Positions 38,639 through 47,929 of a stretch of 64,000 nt of DNA are shown here, one piece after another. The notes below the pieces were generated by a model that saw only the letters and a list, made by a program, of their open reading frames with translations, did not search any database and was not told where the DNA came from. This DNA is from Minisyncoccota bacterium (lineage in GTDB: Bacteria; Patescibacteriota; Minisyncoccia; Phycocordibacterales; JABAAK01). The position numbers and the translations under genes are program-made. Location: contig OY764332.1 in the NCBI GenBank assembly GCA_963668425.1, forward strand, positions 41,241 through 105,240. Direction: 5' to 3'. Numbering within the stretch: the stretch's first letter is position 1; each line of letters opens with the position of its first letter.

Positions 38639-39538
38639 TTAGTATGCTTTCACACACGCCACAACTTCGCTATCAGGTCCTATGTTGTACGATGATCCTT
38701 GGACAAGAGGATTGACATCATACATGTTTAAATATTTTAATATCTTGATAAGATCAAAACTTTCAGTTTGTGAGTACACTGTACTTACGGAATTTATAAA
38801 AGATCCACTGTTTCTTTGTGGCAACATAAAATCCTCTGAGAGACAATTCTTTTCTAATATATTCTTATTAAAATACTCAACTGTCTTTTTATGTATATCA
38901 GTATATAACACCTCACCTTCACGCTGATCTCCATGCGCTAATTGATTTCTCATTTTCCAGGCCTTATCTTTGAGATCTTTTCCCAAAATTTCTTTAAGTA
39001 TCTCATCTTTATCTCCCTTACTCTTCGCCAGTGCTTCTAATGCAAAGAACATCAACGATAATTTTCCAATATAATTGTGTGTCATTGATGCATCTGCCCA
39101 ATATAAATAAAACTCCTCTGACACTCTCTGCTCACTCAATTCTTTCAATATAGGGAGAGTTGTGAGGTGGTTGAAGCTATTCCCAACGTTTCTATATAGC
39201 GCCCTCCAAAGAATTGCATGACCTGCTCCCTCTTTATAACAGACAGTTCCATACTGTTTTTCCACGGATGTTTGTGCTATGAATATTATTTTTGGCAACC
39301 ACTGATCCACCTCTTTAGAAAATTCCTTTAGTGCCATCTTGTGATTTTCTCCTTTAAATTCACCGAAAACTGCAATCCTATTTTTAGATATTGAGCAAAA
39401 GTTAAGATTGCCAATGGGCAATACGCTTTTAGGGTCAGGAGCATTTTTATAGCTTTGGTAATTTTCTCCACAGAAGTCAATCGAGCTCTGGTAACTTCGT
39501 GCAATACGATATGTATTCATATTTTTATACTGTACCAC
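38639..39538 (-). CDS. Hypothetical protein with a HEPN-like Rx4H motif (Abi-like candidate).
   Basis: ...KAWKMRNQLAHGDQREGE contains R-x4-H-G. The protein is predicted helical and lies in the defence islet next to the restriction-modification genes. Confidence 0.35.
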   Translation of the reverse strand: MVQYKNMNTYRIARSYQSSIDFCGENYQSYKNAPDPKSVLPIGNLNFCSISKNRIAVFGEFKGENHKMALKEFSKEVDQWLPKIIFIAQTSVEKQYGTVCYKEGAGHAILWRALYRNVGNSFNHLTTLPILKELSEQRVSEEFYLYWADASMTHNYIGKLSLMFFALEALAKSKGDKDEILKEILGKDLKDKAWKMRNQLAHGDQREGEVLYTDIHKKTVEYFNKNILEKNCLSEDFMLPQRNSGSFINSVSTVYSQTESFDLIKILKYLNMYDVNPLVQGSSYNIGPDSEVVACVKAY

Positions 39539-39588
39539 ACAGTACTCTATTTTTTATTTGCTAAAAGATAAATGAAGATGTTATTACA

Positions 39589-40014
39589 CTACTCCAAACG
39601 TTTTGAGTTTATTGACTTATGTAACTCTATGTACTCACTAACTGGACCAATTTTCATTTCCAAACCTTCTGTTCCTGCTGTACTTAGGTATATTCTGGCA
39701 ACGCCAAGCATTCTTTCTGCAACATTTTGTTTATAATAAACGTTTTTAATATCTGAATAATTCGTGTCAACAAAATCTCTTGATACAAAACTAAATAACC
39801 TACTCACTCTCTTGTTCGTTACTGCAAAATGAGTACATCGCACCTGTACTTCTATCACAATCACAATTATTAGCGGAATAATGATTGTCCAGCAGAGGAC
39901 TATTGCAATAAGATATCGCACCCAAAAAATCCTTCGTGGATGTTTGTATATTTTTTCAATTTTTTCACCGTCAACAAGATGTTTTTTAATACAATCTGGT
40001 ATATCTTTTTTCAT
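39589..40014 (-). CDS. Membrane protein with a bacterial PH domain (bPH_2 / YdbS-YdbT-like).
   Basis: EKIEKIYKHPRRIFWVRYLIAIVLCWTIIIPLIIVIVI is a TM hairpin, followed by ...THFAVTNKRV...IKNVYYKQNVAERMLGVARIY. This is the characteristic DUF304/bPH_2 layout. Confidence 0.6.
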   Translation of the reverse strand: MKKDIPDCIKKHLVDGEKIEKIYKHPRRIFWVRYLIAIVLCWTIIIPLIIVIVIEVQVRCTHFAVTNKRVSRLFSFVSRDFVDTNYSDIKNVYYKQNVAERMLGVARIYLSTAGTEGLEMKIGPVSEYIELHKSINSKRLE

Positions 40015-40117
40015 ACTGTACTACTATTGTACACATTAAATCTGAAGCTCTTCAGCACAATAAGTTTTACAGGTCTTTGCAAATAATATATAAGTAGGAG
40101 ATTGTACTACATATCAA

Positions 40118-40951
40118 CTACAGAATCACTTTTTGTTTTTCGTAGAGCATTGGGAGAGTATTTTGCCTCATGCGGAATTTGGTGCCGTGGTTGTGTCTGG
40201 TACGAGCATCAAAATCAATAAGTATCTTCCCCTCTTCCAGCGCTTTCAGAAATCCTGTGAAAGTGAATTTCTGCAACATCATAATTTTTGTATAATGGTA
40301 GTGTTCTTTGTTGCGTATCTTTTTTACTTCCGCCTGTACATAAAAAGTATTGAGCAGTTTTGTCCCAGCTGTATGCTCTAAGTCGTCAAACCCCCAATAC
40401 GGTTGCGGGTCAAACTCATCTAGTCCTGCGCGTTTTTTGACGGATGCAAGCCATTGTTTATGCCGAACGTCAACACTCCCAGCATCAAAAGAAACAGCTA
40501 CTTTCTGGTTTTTTCGATCAATCTTCACCATAAACCCACGATCGCTACGTGATTGACCATGTATGGTCACACGAAAACTCATCTCATTTTTTGGGTACCT
40601 TCCGCCGCTTTCCCTGTGTCTCCAGCCGTATAAGGGGAGGAGTACTTGTGGCACAAGTCGTAGTGCGCGAGGTGATGGTTCACAATGAAACAGTGTTGTA
40701 AGCGAGGAGGAATTGACACGTTGCGTCTTTAATTCCCACTCTGCAGCATTTGGTATAGGCAAATTATTCTCTTCAATGCCGAGCAAGTCCTCAAGCGTGT
40801 TGCCAACACCGCCATCGTTACCGTGCCGCGTGTTTGGTACCCACTCCATTTCTACAATCTTTTTTAACTTTTCTGTTAGCCCTCTTTTTGTATATATCTT
40901 TTGCTTTTTTACTCTCATACCTGAAGAAGGAGTTTTGGTTGAGATTGACAT
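40118..40951 (-). CDS. Putative type II restriction endonuclease, MutH/MvaI/BcnI-like PD-(D/E)xK fold.
   Basis: ...VGNTLEDLLGIEENNLPIPNAAEWELKTQR gives D...ExK, like the MutH DLGD...ELK catalytic segment. It overlaps the upstream methyltransferase by 37 bp on the same strand. Length is 277 aa. Confidence 0.45.
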   Translation of the reverse strand: MSISTKTPSSGMRVKKQKIYTKRGLTEKLKKIVEMEWVPNTRHGNDGGVGNTLEDLLGIEENNLPIPNAAEWELKTQRVNSSSLTTLFHCEPSPRALRLVPQVLLPLYGWRHRESGGRYPKNEMSFRVTIHGQSRSDRGFMVKIDRKNQKVAVSFDAGSVDVRHKQWLASVKKRAGLDEFDPQPYWGFDDLEHTAGTKLLNTFYVQAEVKKIRNKEHYHYTKIMMLQKFTFTGFLKALEEGKILIDFDARTRHNHGTKFRMRQNTLPMLYEKQKVIL

Positions 40952-41664
40952 TGTTTGATTCTTTGTTTTGCCATCTCACAGTATTCTGGGGAAATATCAA
41001 TGCCGATATAATCTCTTTGTAAATTTACTGCTGAAACTGCCACTGTACCTGAACCCATAAATGGATCTAAGACAACTTGTGCGCTGGTTGAGGATATAAT
41101 ACGTTCTATTAAGCCAGATGGAAACGCAGCTGGATGGCCATTCTTCATTTCTTGAGTAAACTCCCACACATCACCACATCCGTTTGCTTTTGGCAGTAAT
41201 TTGAACTCTGGCTTTGCGATGAGGTAGATTACTTCGTAGGTAGGTAAGAAGTATCCTGGATTAAAATTAAAACCGCCCTTTCTACGCCAGATAATGATTT
41301 GGCGAACTGGAAAACCTGCTACAATATCTTGCCGATCCTGTAGTAAACCGCCCTGCACACGCCACTTATGGTTATAGAAAATTGCACCATCTTCAGGAAT
41401 AAGCCGCATCATCTCAGCTAGGCAGTTTCGTTGCCACTGTACATATTTCTCATGAGGCATACAGTCATCGTAATGCGAGTAACCATTTTGTAGTTTGGCA
41501 TTTGCCCATTTACCACCATTACCATTTTTTAGACCGTTGCCAGTAGAGTTTTTGATGTTGTATGGTGGCGAAGTGACCACCAAATCAATCGATTCGCTTG
41601 GTATTTGTTTCATAGCATCCAACACATCACCGCAAATAATGGTATTTAAAAACTTCTTTTTCAT
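40915..41664 (-). CDS. Beta-class amino-DNA methyltransferase (N4-cytosine or N6-adenine; the SPPY motif favours N4C).
   Basis: Motif IV DLVVTSPPYN precedes motif I VLDPFMGSGTVAV (beta permutation). C-terminal ...DYIGIDISPEYCEMAKQRI. Length is 249 aa. Confidence 0.9.
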   Translation of the reverse strand: MKKKFLNTIICGDVLDAMKQIPSESIDLVVTSPPYNIKNSTGNGLKNGNGGKWANAKLQNGYSHYDDCMPHEKYVQWQRNCLAEMMRLIPEDGAIFYNHKWRVQGGLLQDRQDIVAGFPVRQIIIWRRKGGFNFNPGYFLPTYEVIYLIAKPEFKLLPKANGCGDVWEFTQEMKNGHPAAFPSGLIERIISSTSAQVVLDPFMGSGTVAVSAVNLQRDYIGIDISPEYCEMAKQRIKQCQSQPKLLLQV

Positions 41665-41856
41665 GTTAGTTTTGACTATCTCTTATGTATTTTAGTATAC
41701 CAGTATCACTGAAGCACTCTGTACTGCCGGCAGAATTTTAATATTTTTGGAGGAATACTTAATCAAAATTTACTTGGGCTAGGGATTGCCTATATTGTTG
41801 GAGCAAATAATGTGAGAAAACAACTGCTATGGAATATTACTTACTATGAGATTGTG

Positions 41857-41927
41857 TGCGGGTAGGGAGAATCGAACTCCCGTTTTGGCCTTGGGAAGGC
41901 CACGTCATACCACTAAACCATACCCGC
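41857..41927 (-). tRNA. tRNA-Gly (anticodon CCC), CCA not encoded.
   Basis: Reverse complement GCGGGTA-TG-GTTT-AGTGGTA-TGAC-G-TGGCC-TTCCCAA-GGCCA-AAAC-GGGAG-TTCGATT-CTCCC-TACCCGC-A. Confidence 0.8.
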
Positions 41928-42024
41928 GTAATGAGCAAACAAATCAAGAAACGAATGTTTTTTGTTTGCGCTGCGAATGAACAATTACTATCAGTATATC
42001 GCCTGTTTTTTAAGATGCTACTGC

Positions 42025-42909
42025 TTATTCTGTAGTGGTGAGCAGGTGCTGCTTGAAAAAGTCAGAGCAGGCAGTGCCACTGTTGCAGATGAGCAGGTAC
42101 TCAAGATTGTTATCCTGCAATAGCTTTGGAGTGGATTGTGGTGGTGTCGCGCAGGCGATAGTTGCAAAAACATCGGCTGCCAGTGCAGTTTCTGCAATGA
42201 TGTGAGCGGATATCTCACTGGTGTGTTCAGCAATGATGTGATGGTGTGCTGTGTCGGATTTGCGCCAACGGCGTTTATGTGTGCTTGAGCCGGCGAACCC
42301 CTGGTTTGTAAGAGGCACTTTTGCAATGCTGTTTTTTTGTTTAGTCGGATGTTCAATGAAAACGTCAATAGGAGAGTTATCAGGAAGTGTGGTTGCATAT
42401 ATATCACCACCACCGTTTACTAGGAAGTGTTTGATTCTAAGGTCTGTCTGTAGCATATTGGCTACCTCATCAATAAGCCACCCTTTTCCAAAACCGCCAA
42501 GGTCAACAGATCCCCGATGTAGTGTGATTTGTTTTTTATCTATTATGAGATCAATGTCTGGATTTGCAGGTGCTGTGCTGTCATTTGAGCGTACTGTTTG
42601 TGATGCCCCATACCCACGAGCAACTTGTGTGTGGGCAGATAGGAAATTGAACATGCCTTTTGTGTCTTTGTAGAGTTTTTTCCCGAATTGCAACAGAGCG
42701 ATAAGTTCGTCAGTAGGATTTTCAAGAATGCCTGTTCTGTTGAGTTTCCCTATAAAGGAAGTATTTAAAAAGCGTGAGTATTGCTTCTCAAAAACAGTAA
42801 GGCGTTTTGTGATGCAGTCAGTAACTTCCTTTTCTCTTTCCTCTGGTGCATCAAATAGGTCAAACCACCACAGTGTTCCTAGTGCCGCGATTTCTTTAAT
42901 TCGTATCAT
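42025..42909 (-). CDS. apbE: FAD:protein FMN transferase (ApbE family).
   Basis: SVDLGGFGKGWLIDEVA matches the ApbE DLGG(I/F)xKGxxxD signature. Length is 294 aa. It is the last gene of a three-gene minus-strand operon; the upstream gene ends 1 bp inside it. Confidence 0.75.
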   Translation of the reverse strand: MIRIKEIAALGTLWWFDLFDAPEEREKEVTDCITKRLTVFEKQYSRFLNTSFIGKLNRTGILENPTDELIALLQFGKKLYKDTKGMFNFLSAHTQVARGYGASQTVRSNDSTAPANPDIDLIIDKKQITLHRGSVDLGGFGKGWLIDEVANMLQTDLRIKHFLVNGGGDIYATTLPDNSPIDVFIEHPTKQKNSIAKVPLTNQGFAGSSTHKRRWRKSDTAHHHIIAEHTSEISAHIIAETALAADVFATIACATPPQSTPKLLQDNNLEYLLICNSGTACSDFFKQHLLTTTE

Positions 42910-43424
42910 TATAGAGATGCGTCTGATGCAATATCTGCTAATGCTTCATTAAAGGCAACAGTGGTCAGTGATGCGCCACCGACCCGTGCTAGGTCAAGAT
43001 CGTCTATCTCTACACCAAGTACCAGTTGCTCATATGCCCCATCAAACCCTGTGTGGCTAGGTGTTTTTGCCTCCGCGTCATCGTAGAGCACATCTGCTGC
43101 GGTGATGACATCGTTATTGATAGTCAATGTAACAGAGATATTGTGCTGTACACGTTTTGGTGTGAAATATGCTGCGTCTGCGGTGTATGTGCCGTTGTTA
43201 TAGGTGTTTTTTTCTGCGGAGATGGTGTCTGCTTCCCTGTCGGACGTGGTTGTGTATTCTACCGGCGGATCTAGGGGCTGATCTATGGGCGATTGCTTGT
43301 TTGGAAATACAAAAAATAGGAGGCCGGCAGCTGCGCCAATGATAACGATGATAATGAGTGCGATGGGCATATGCGATATATGACTGTGTGATGTAGTATA
43401 CCACGGAAAAGTTGTTGCAGTCAT
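42909..43424 (-). CDS. Extracytoplasmic FMN-binding-domain protein (NqrC/RnfG-like FMN_bind), a candidate ApbE flavinylation substrate.
   Basis: N-terminal TM/signal MPIALIIIVIIGAAAGLLFFVF. C-terminal ...AYEQLVLGVEIDDLDLARVGGASLTTVAFNEALADI carries a [ST]GA[ST]-like flavinylation-type motif (GGAS). Confidence 0.6.
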   Translation of the reverse strand: MTATTFPWYTTSHSHISHMPIALIIIVIIGAAAGLLFFVFPNKQSPIDQPLDPPVEYTTTSDREADTISAEKNTYNNGTYTADAAYFTPKRVQHNISVTLTINNDVITAADVLYDDAEAKTPSHTGFDGAYEQLVLGVEIDDLDLARVGGASLTTVAFNEALADIASDASL

Positions 43425-44938
43425 GCCAGTCCCGGGAAAAAGTCACGTATGATGTTTTCTTTTGACACCTTACTATTTTTGAGCAGCAGTGAATATGCAC
43501 GCACCATTTCGGACGGCCCTGAAAGATACCATACTCGCTCTTGATAGTCGGGGGTATGCTCTTTAATACTGCCTTCCGTGAGAAATCCATGCATGTACCC
43601 GCTTCTCTTCTCTTCTGCTAACACATGCACTACCTTGCACCATCCAGCATCAGCAAGTGAGGTGAAGATCTCTCGGTATGCGATGTCCTCGTAGGTGTTG
43701 TTACAGTAGAACAAAACGATATCTCGTGGAATATTCTGTTGCTTGATATGACTGAAATGACTCAGAAATGGAGTAATGCCGATGCCGCCTGCGACAAACG
43801 CAAGCTTTGCCTTGGTATCTTTTGGTAAAAGAAAATCACCGGCACGTTGACTGCCAATGATGTGATCTCCTGGTTTTAGTTTTTGCAGTGCTTGCTTGTA
43901 TGTGCTTCCTTTTTCAGAAAACCGTACCGCCATGCGCAGAGTACTTTCATGTGGTGCGGAGGCAATAGTAAAGTAACGTCTGATACCACGGCTATCTGGC
44001 TTTTTATGAGGTAGTGTCCATTCAAGATACTGTCCGGCATGAAACTGCATATCAGCCGGTTTTCTAAAAATAAATTCTTTTGTGTTTTTAGTAATTTCTT
44101 TTACTTTGATGAGCGCTGGGTGTATTTTTTGGCGTAGAGAAAATGGATAGAAGGCGAGGTTGCCGATAATTAGTGCGAGTTCTGGAGACATTGCTATATA
44201 CGGTGCAAAAAAAGTGGCGCTGGATAATCCGCCGACCAGTGCACCATACCACCGTTGCAATTTCTTGGTTGGCGGGGTGGTAAATGGCTCGGTCAGCATA
44301 AAAAATGCAAGGAACAATATTGGCCATGAGGTAAAGAAGGTTGGTATAGCAGAGAACGTGTTAGTACCAAGTCGCCATGCTTCAAATATATATACAACAA
44401 ATGCAGTGCCCACACACCAGCACACGAGGTTCCACCGTCGTATCTTCATTACCACAAGAGACCCTGCTGCCAGCAGTGGTACAAATAGCCATGGAGTCCC
44501 TATCCACCATGTCGCCTCAACAATTCCAGGTGCACTCAGTGCAAGCGCGCCAAATGCTGCAGGGTTAAAAATGTGCTGCTTTTTCCATGCAAAGAGAAAT
44601 TTTGAACCGATCGCAATGAAGGTAACAGCACTGATGACCCATTGTCCAGACAGTGTGGGTGCAGGGACAAAAAGGAAAAAGATAATCAGTGCTGTTATTA
44701 TTGCCGAGCCATGATTTGCGGATACACGCCATAGCCGAGCAAGTGCTACATTACTTATCATAGCAACACCAAGCGCAGTAGCAAGTGAAGCTGTCTGATC
44801 AATGAAACTGTACGGCACTTTCCCTATCACTCCAAACACTAAACTTGTTGCGACTAAAAAATACAGCGCGAGTGTAACTGTGCGGTACATACCTACCCCG
44901 TCTAACCGCTTTCGTATGGTGTGTGCAATAGCAATCAT
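43421..44938 (-). CDS. Membrane oxidoreductase: N-terminal polytopic NQR2/RnfD-like domain fused to a C-terminal FNR-like FAD/NAD(P)H-binding domain.
   Basis: Eight or more TM helices carrying KKQHIFNPAAFGAL (RnfD/NqrB-like FNPA segment). The C-terminal part has RRYFTIASAP (RxYS FAD-binding motif) and KLAFVAGGIGITPF (NAD(P)H-binding GGxGxxP). It overlaps the FMN-binding gene by 4 bp. Confidence 0.65.
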   Translation of the reverse strand: MIAIAHTIRKRLDGVGMYRTVTLALYFLVATSLVFGVIGKVPYSFIDQTASLATALGVAMISNVALARLWRVSANHGSAIITALIIFFLFVPAPTLSGQWVISAVTFIAIGSKFLFAWKKQHIFNPAAFGALALSAPGIVEATWWIGTPWLFVPLLAAGSLVVMKIRRWNLVCWCVGTAFVVYIFEAWRLGTNTFSAIPTFFTSWPILFLAFFMLTEPFTTPPTKKLQRWYGALVGGLSSATFFAPYIAMSPELALIIGNLAFYPFSLRQKIHPALIKVKEITKNTKEFIFRKPADMQFHAGQYLEWTLPHKKPDSRGIRRYFTIASAPHESTLRMAVRFSEKGSTYKQALQKLKPGDHIIGSQRAGDFLLPKDTKAKLAFVAGGIGITPFLSHFSHIKQQNIPRDIVLFYCNNTYEDIAYREIFTSLADAGWCKVVHVLAEEKRSGYMHGFLTEGSIKEHTPDYQERVWYLSGPSEMVRAYSLLLKNSKVSKENIIRDFFPGLA

Positions 44939-45241
44939 GCTATTTGTAGTATAGCGTTATAGGAAGGTTTGAATTTACTATAAAGAAGATGTATACTACT
45001 AGAGAAGAGGTATTGCATATTCTATGATTTTTTCTTTTTGGAAGGATAAAAATGGTGGTAAAAAGGATGGTGGAGCAATATCACCTGCAGAGTAGGCATC
45101 TAGGGATTTTGTAAATATGACGGCAAGAGATCATAAAAAATTGATGAAGAAAGTTATCAGAAAGGCCTCAGAGGATCAAATGAAAATTTTGAGGAGTTAG
45201 CATGAAGTGGGTAATAGCATTGTGGTACCATATCAAATGAT

Positions 45242-45315
45242 GCTGGCGTAGCTCAGTTGGTTAGAGCGTAGGACTCATAAACCTAAGGTCGGTGGTTCAA
45301 ATCCACCCGTCAGCA
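45242..45315 (+). tRNA. tRNA with CAT anticodon (elongator Met or lysidine-Ile; not initiator, since the 1-72 pair is G-C), CCA not encoded.
   Basis: GCTGGCG-TA-GCTC-AGTTGGTTA-GAGC-G-TAGGA-CTCATAA-ACCTA-AGGTC-GGTGG-TTCAAAT-CCACC-CGTCAGC-A. Confidence 0.8.
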
Positions 45316-45353
45316 CTACAGTGTTGTATGGAGCAGGAAGTATTTTTTTCTTG

Positions 45354-47189
45354 TTAACCATCAAGATAGTCAATGTCTCTCTGGAATATTCTTGCGTTGG
45401 ATGCAACTGCGTTGCAGTAGTTTAATGCGTGCTGTTTGTATCTTCCCAGTCGCCACCCTGGTCCGGCATAGTAGCTTGCCGCTGCATTACATTCATCCTT
45501 TGTGGCGCCAAGTTTTTGTAGATATGTCGCGGAAGCAAAAAAGGCATCTCGTGGATTCCATGGGTTGGATGGTCGGTGATTAGCTGCTTTTGCTCGTATG
45601 ATATCTTTATCCGCCCTATACTGCCATGGTCCAGAGTAAAAATGTAGTTGATTAATGGCATTTCTTGTTGAGTTGCCGACTATGCCGGTGCCACGAGTGT
45701 ACCCGTACGGATGTAAAATCCTGCTTGCGTATTTCTCTTGAAATCTACTTACCGCTGCTGCTGTTTTACTGGCGTAGCGACTACTCTCATTTCCAGGACT
45801 ACCCTCTCCGCTTGTCGCGATGGTGAATCCGTTTTGATTTAAAAACTGCTGCAATCGCTTTACATCTGCACCAGTGCTTCCCACCTGCAATGTGCGTGTT
45901 GTTTGTATAAGTTTTCTTCCGGGTGCGCTTGTGCCGGTTTTTGTGTTTATCAACCCCCCAAACTGAACCCATGTTGACGGTATAAACTGTGCCGGACCCA
46001 TTGCACCACCCCAACCAAACCCTGGATTTGCGGATACTTTTAGCTCGTTTGGATTGTTGAATCCAAGCAACTTTGCGATATACGGAAAAATCGGCGCATC
46101 CCGAGTCGGGTGCATGTCAGTTATGTAGTTTCCGGTTCCAACATTCTTCCCAAGGTCGGACTCATTTTTAATCAAGCCGAGCAAAAAGGCAGGTCGCACG
46201 CCGGTTGCTCGTTGCGCCTCTTGGGCATACTGCACCGCCTGACCAAATGAAATATCACCGCTTCCGCGCAATTCAAATAAGCGATTTTGTATTTCTGCAA
46301 CCCTGCTTTCATATCCACTTAATTTTTCCACTGTTTGTTTTTCTTGGGTCACTTGCAAATCAAGCAAACGCTCTTTTTCTTTTCTTTGATATTGCACTTG
46401 ACTTACCGTTGCCTGTTGCTGTTGTCGTGCTGATCCGCGCTGATCTTTTCTTTGCTGCAGGTCATCAATATTTGCTGCGAAACGCTTTTGTAATACCTCC
46501 ACTTTTTGTATAGAATCTTCCATTGTCTCCCGCAATGATTGATATTCATTAATACGGTTAAAGAATGAAGAAAGGGTTGCGTTTGAGAACAGAAACCTGG
46601 CAAACCCTTGTTGCTCTGATTCGTTGATGCGCTGCAGCAATGTACGCAAAAATTGCTGATTTTCAGAAAGCTGTTGAGCAAGGTTTTCAATTGTGCTCTC
46701 TTTAGTATTAATCTCTTCCCCTAATGCTTCGATGGCTGTATCAATTTGGCGAATGCGAACTAATCCTCTGTTAATCTCGTTGTTTATTAATAAAATATCA
46801 GATTCGGTACCCTTCCGCGCATTCGCTTGCTCTTGCAATATCTTTTCATTTTTTTCAATTTGTGCCTGACACTCCGCAAGCGCTTTCTCCAGCGCCTTCC
46901 GACTAGTATCAAGATTGGTAAAGCATTCTTCCGCAGATGTTGTGAGCGGATGCTGTACTACCAATGTTACCAAGCAAAGCAAAAAAACACTGCAAAGAGT
47001 GCCTGCTCTTATAGAAATGCTTTCTCTATTCCTCTGTGGAGGTATCTTCTTTGTCGCCGTCTTCGGTGGCTTCTTCCTCCTTCTTACCGCCTTTTCCGGT
47101 AACTTCAATTTTTGATAGGTAATCTTCATCGGTTTCTGTTCCTTGTTCTTCCTCTTGAGATTCTTCCATAATGGACACGATAATCTCAT
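45354..47189 (-). CDS. Secreted lytic murein transglycosylase (MltB/SLT_2-like) with an N-terminal coiled-coil and a PG_binding_1 domain. The true start is probably downstream of the annotated ATG.
   Basis: Catalytic region LIKNESDLG...GAMGPAQFIPSTW. Peptidoglycan-binding repeat TLQVGSTGADVKRLQQFLNQNGF. A ~250-aa coiled-coil precedes these. The first 55 codons overlap rplY (47026-47189), and the only in-frame ATG (47129) is also inside rplY. The start is unresolved. Confidence 0.7.
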   Translation of the reverse strand: MRLSCPLWKNLKRKNKEQKPMKITYQKLKLPEKAVRRRKKPPKTATKKIPPQRNRESISIRAGTLCSVFLLCLVTLVVQHPLTTSAEECFTNLDTSRKALEKALAECQAQIEKNEKILQEQANARKGTESDILLINNEINRGLVRIRQIDTAIEALGEEINTKESTIENLAQQLSENQQFLRTLLQRINESEQQGFARFLFSNATLSSFFNRINEYQSLRETMEDSIQKVEVLQKRFAANIDDLQQRKDQRGSARQQQQATVSQVQYQRKEKERLLDLQVTQEKQTVEKLSGYESRVAEIQNRLFELRGSGDISFGQAVQYAQEAQRATGVRPAFLLGLIKNESDLGKNVGTGNYITDMHPTRDAPIFPYIAKLLGFNNPNELKVSANPGFGWGGAMGPAQFIPSTWVQFGGLINTKTGTSAPGRKLIQTTRTLQVGSTGADVKRLQQFLNQNGFTIATSGEGSPGNESSRYASKTAAAVSRFQEKYASRILHPYGYTRGTGIVGNSTRNAINQLHFYSGPWQYRADKDIIRAKAANHRPSNPWNPRDAFFASATYLQKLGATKDECNAAASYYAGPGWRLGRYKQHALNYCNAVASNARIFQRDIDYLDG

Positions 47190-47694
47190 CTGTATTCGTT
47201 ACCAGTGTAACATTCTCTGGAAGTGGTATGGCAGATGCTGTTAGGCGGGAGCCGATCTCTTGGAGATCGCTGACATCAGCAATAACTTGGCTCGGGATGT
47301 GTTGTGGCAGAGCACGCACTTCAATTTTGTCCAGTGTTACTAACACCTGTCCTCCATATGCTTTCTCTGCTGGTGCCTCACCTTCAATGTGTACCGGCAC
47401 TTCGTGTGTCACCTCTTGTGTTGCATCAACAAACAAAAAATCAACATGGAGTGGCTCCTCAGTGATAGGATGATATGCGACATCCTGTACCATTACTTGC
47501 TTTTCTGATACATCACCGTCTATCTCAAATACCATTTTATCAGATGTTAATGCTGTTTTTAATGTTTTTGTATTGACTGTATATGACTGTGGCTTTTCCT
47601 GATTGCCGTAGCAGACAACTGGTGTCTGTCCTTGTGCACGCAGACCCGCAACCTTTTTACCTACCACTTCCCTTTTCAAAAATGCTATTTTCAT
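47026..47694 (-). CDS. rplY: Ribosomal protein L25 / general stress protein Ctc form, with an acidic C-terminal tail.
   Basis: MKIAFLKREVVGKKVAGLRAQGQTPVVCYGNQEKPQSYTVNTKTLK...; 222 aa; Glu/Asp-rich tail. Confidence 0.9.
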   Translation of the reverse strand: MKIAFLKREVVGKKVAGLRAQGQTPVVCYGNQEKPQSYTVNTKTLKTALTSDKMVFEIDGDVSEKQVMVQDVAYHPITEEPLHVDFLFVDATQEVTHEVPVHIEGEAPAEKAYGGQVLVTLDKIEVRALPQHIPSQVIADVSDLQEIGSRLTASAIPLPENVTLVTNTDEIIVSIMEESQEEEQGTETDEDYLSKIEVTGKGGKKEEEATEDGDKEDTSTEE

Positions 47695-47929
47695 ACTATA
47701 TATATTACCTTATATGTTTTAAGTGCGCAATGCACACATCACTGTGCAAATGCCGCCAAACAAATATCACCCAACCCATACATGAGCGGTACACGTTGAA
47801 CATACAATGAGTTTGCGGTACGGAACAATTTTCTTTTGCTGAGGGTTTCTGTATATCTCCCTCTGCAAAAGAAAGATTGTGGAGTGCCGCTTATGGCAAA
47901 AGGTGTGTACAACGGATACCCAAGCCAAG

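Noticed and set aside
42251-42673. ORF 42251..42673 (+).
   Set aside because: It is antisense within apbE and no motif was recognised.
44995-45240. Two tiny ORFs (23 and 27 aa) upstream of tRNA-Met.
   Set aside because: They are below any reasonable length threshold and have no RBS or context support.
47026-47189. The N-terminal 55 codons of the transglycosylase ORF.
   Set aside because: They overlap the rplY coding region in another frame and are probably a spurious extension of the longest ORF. The true start is unresolved.
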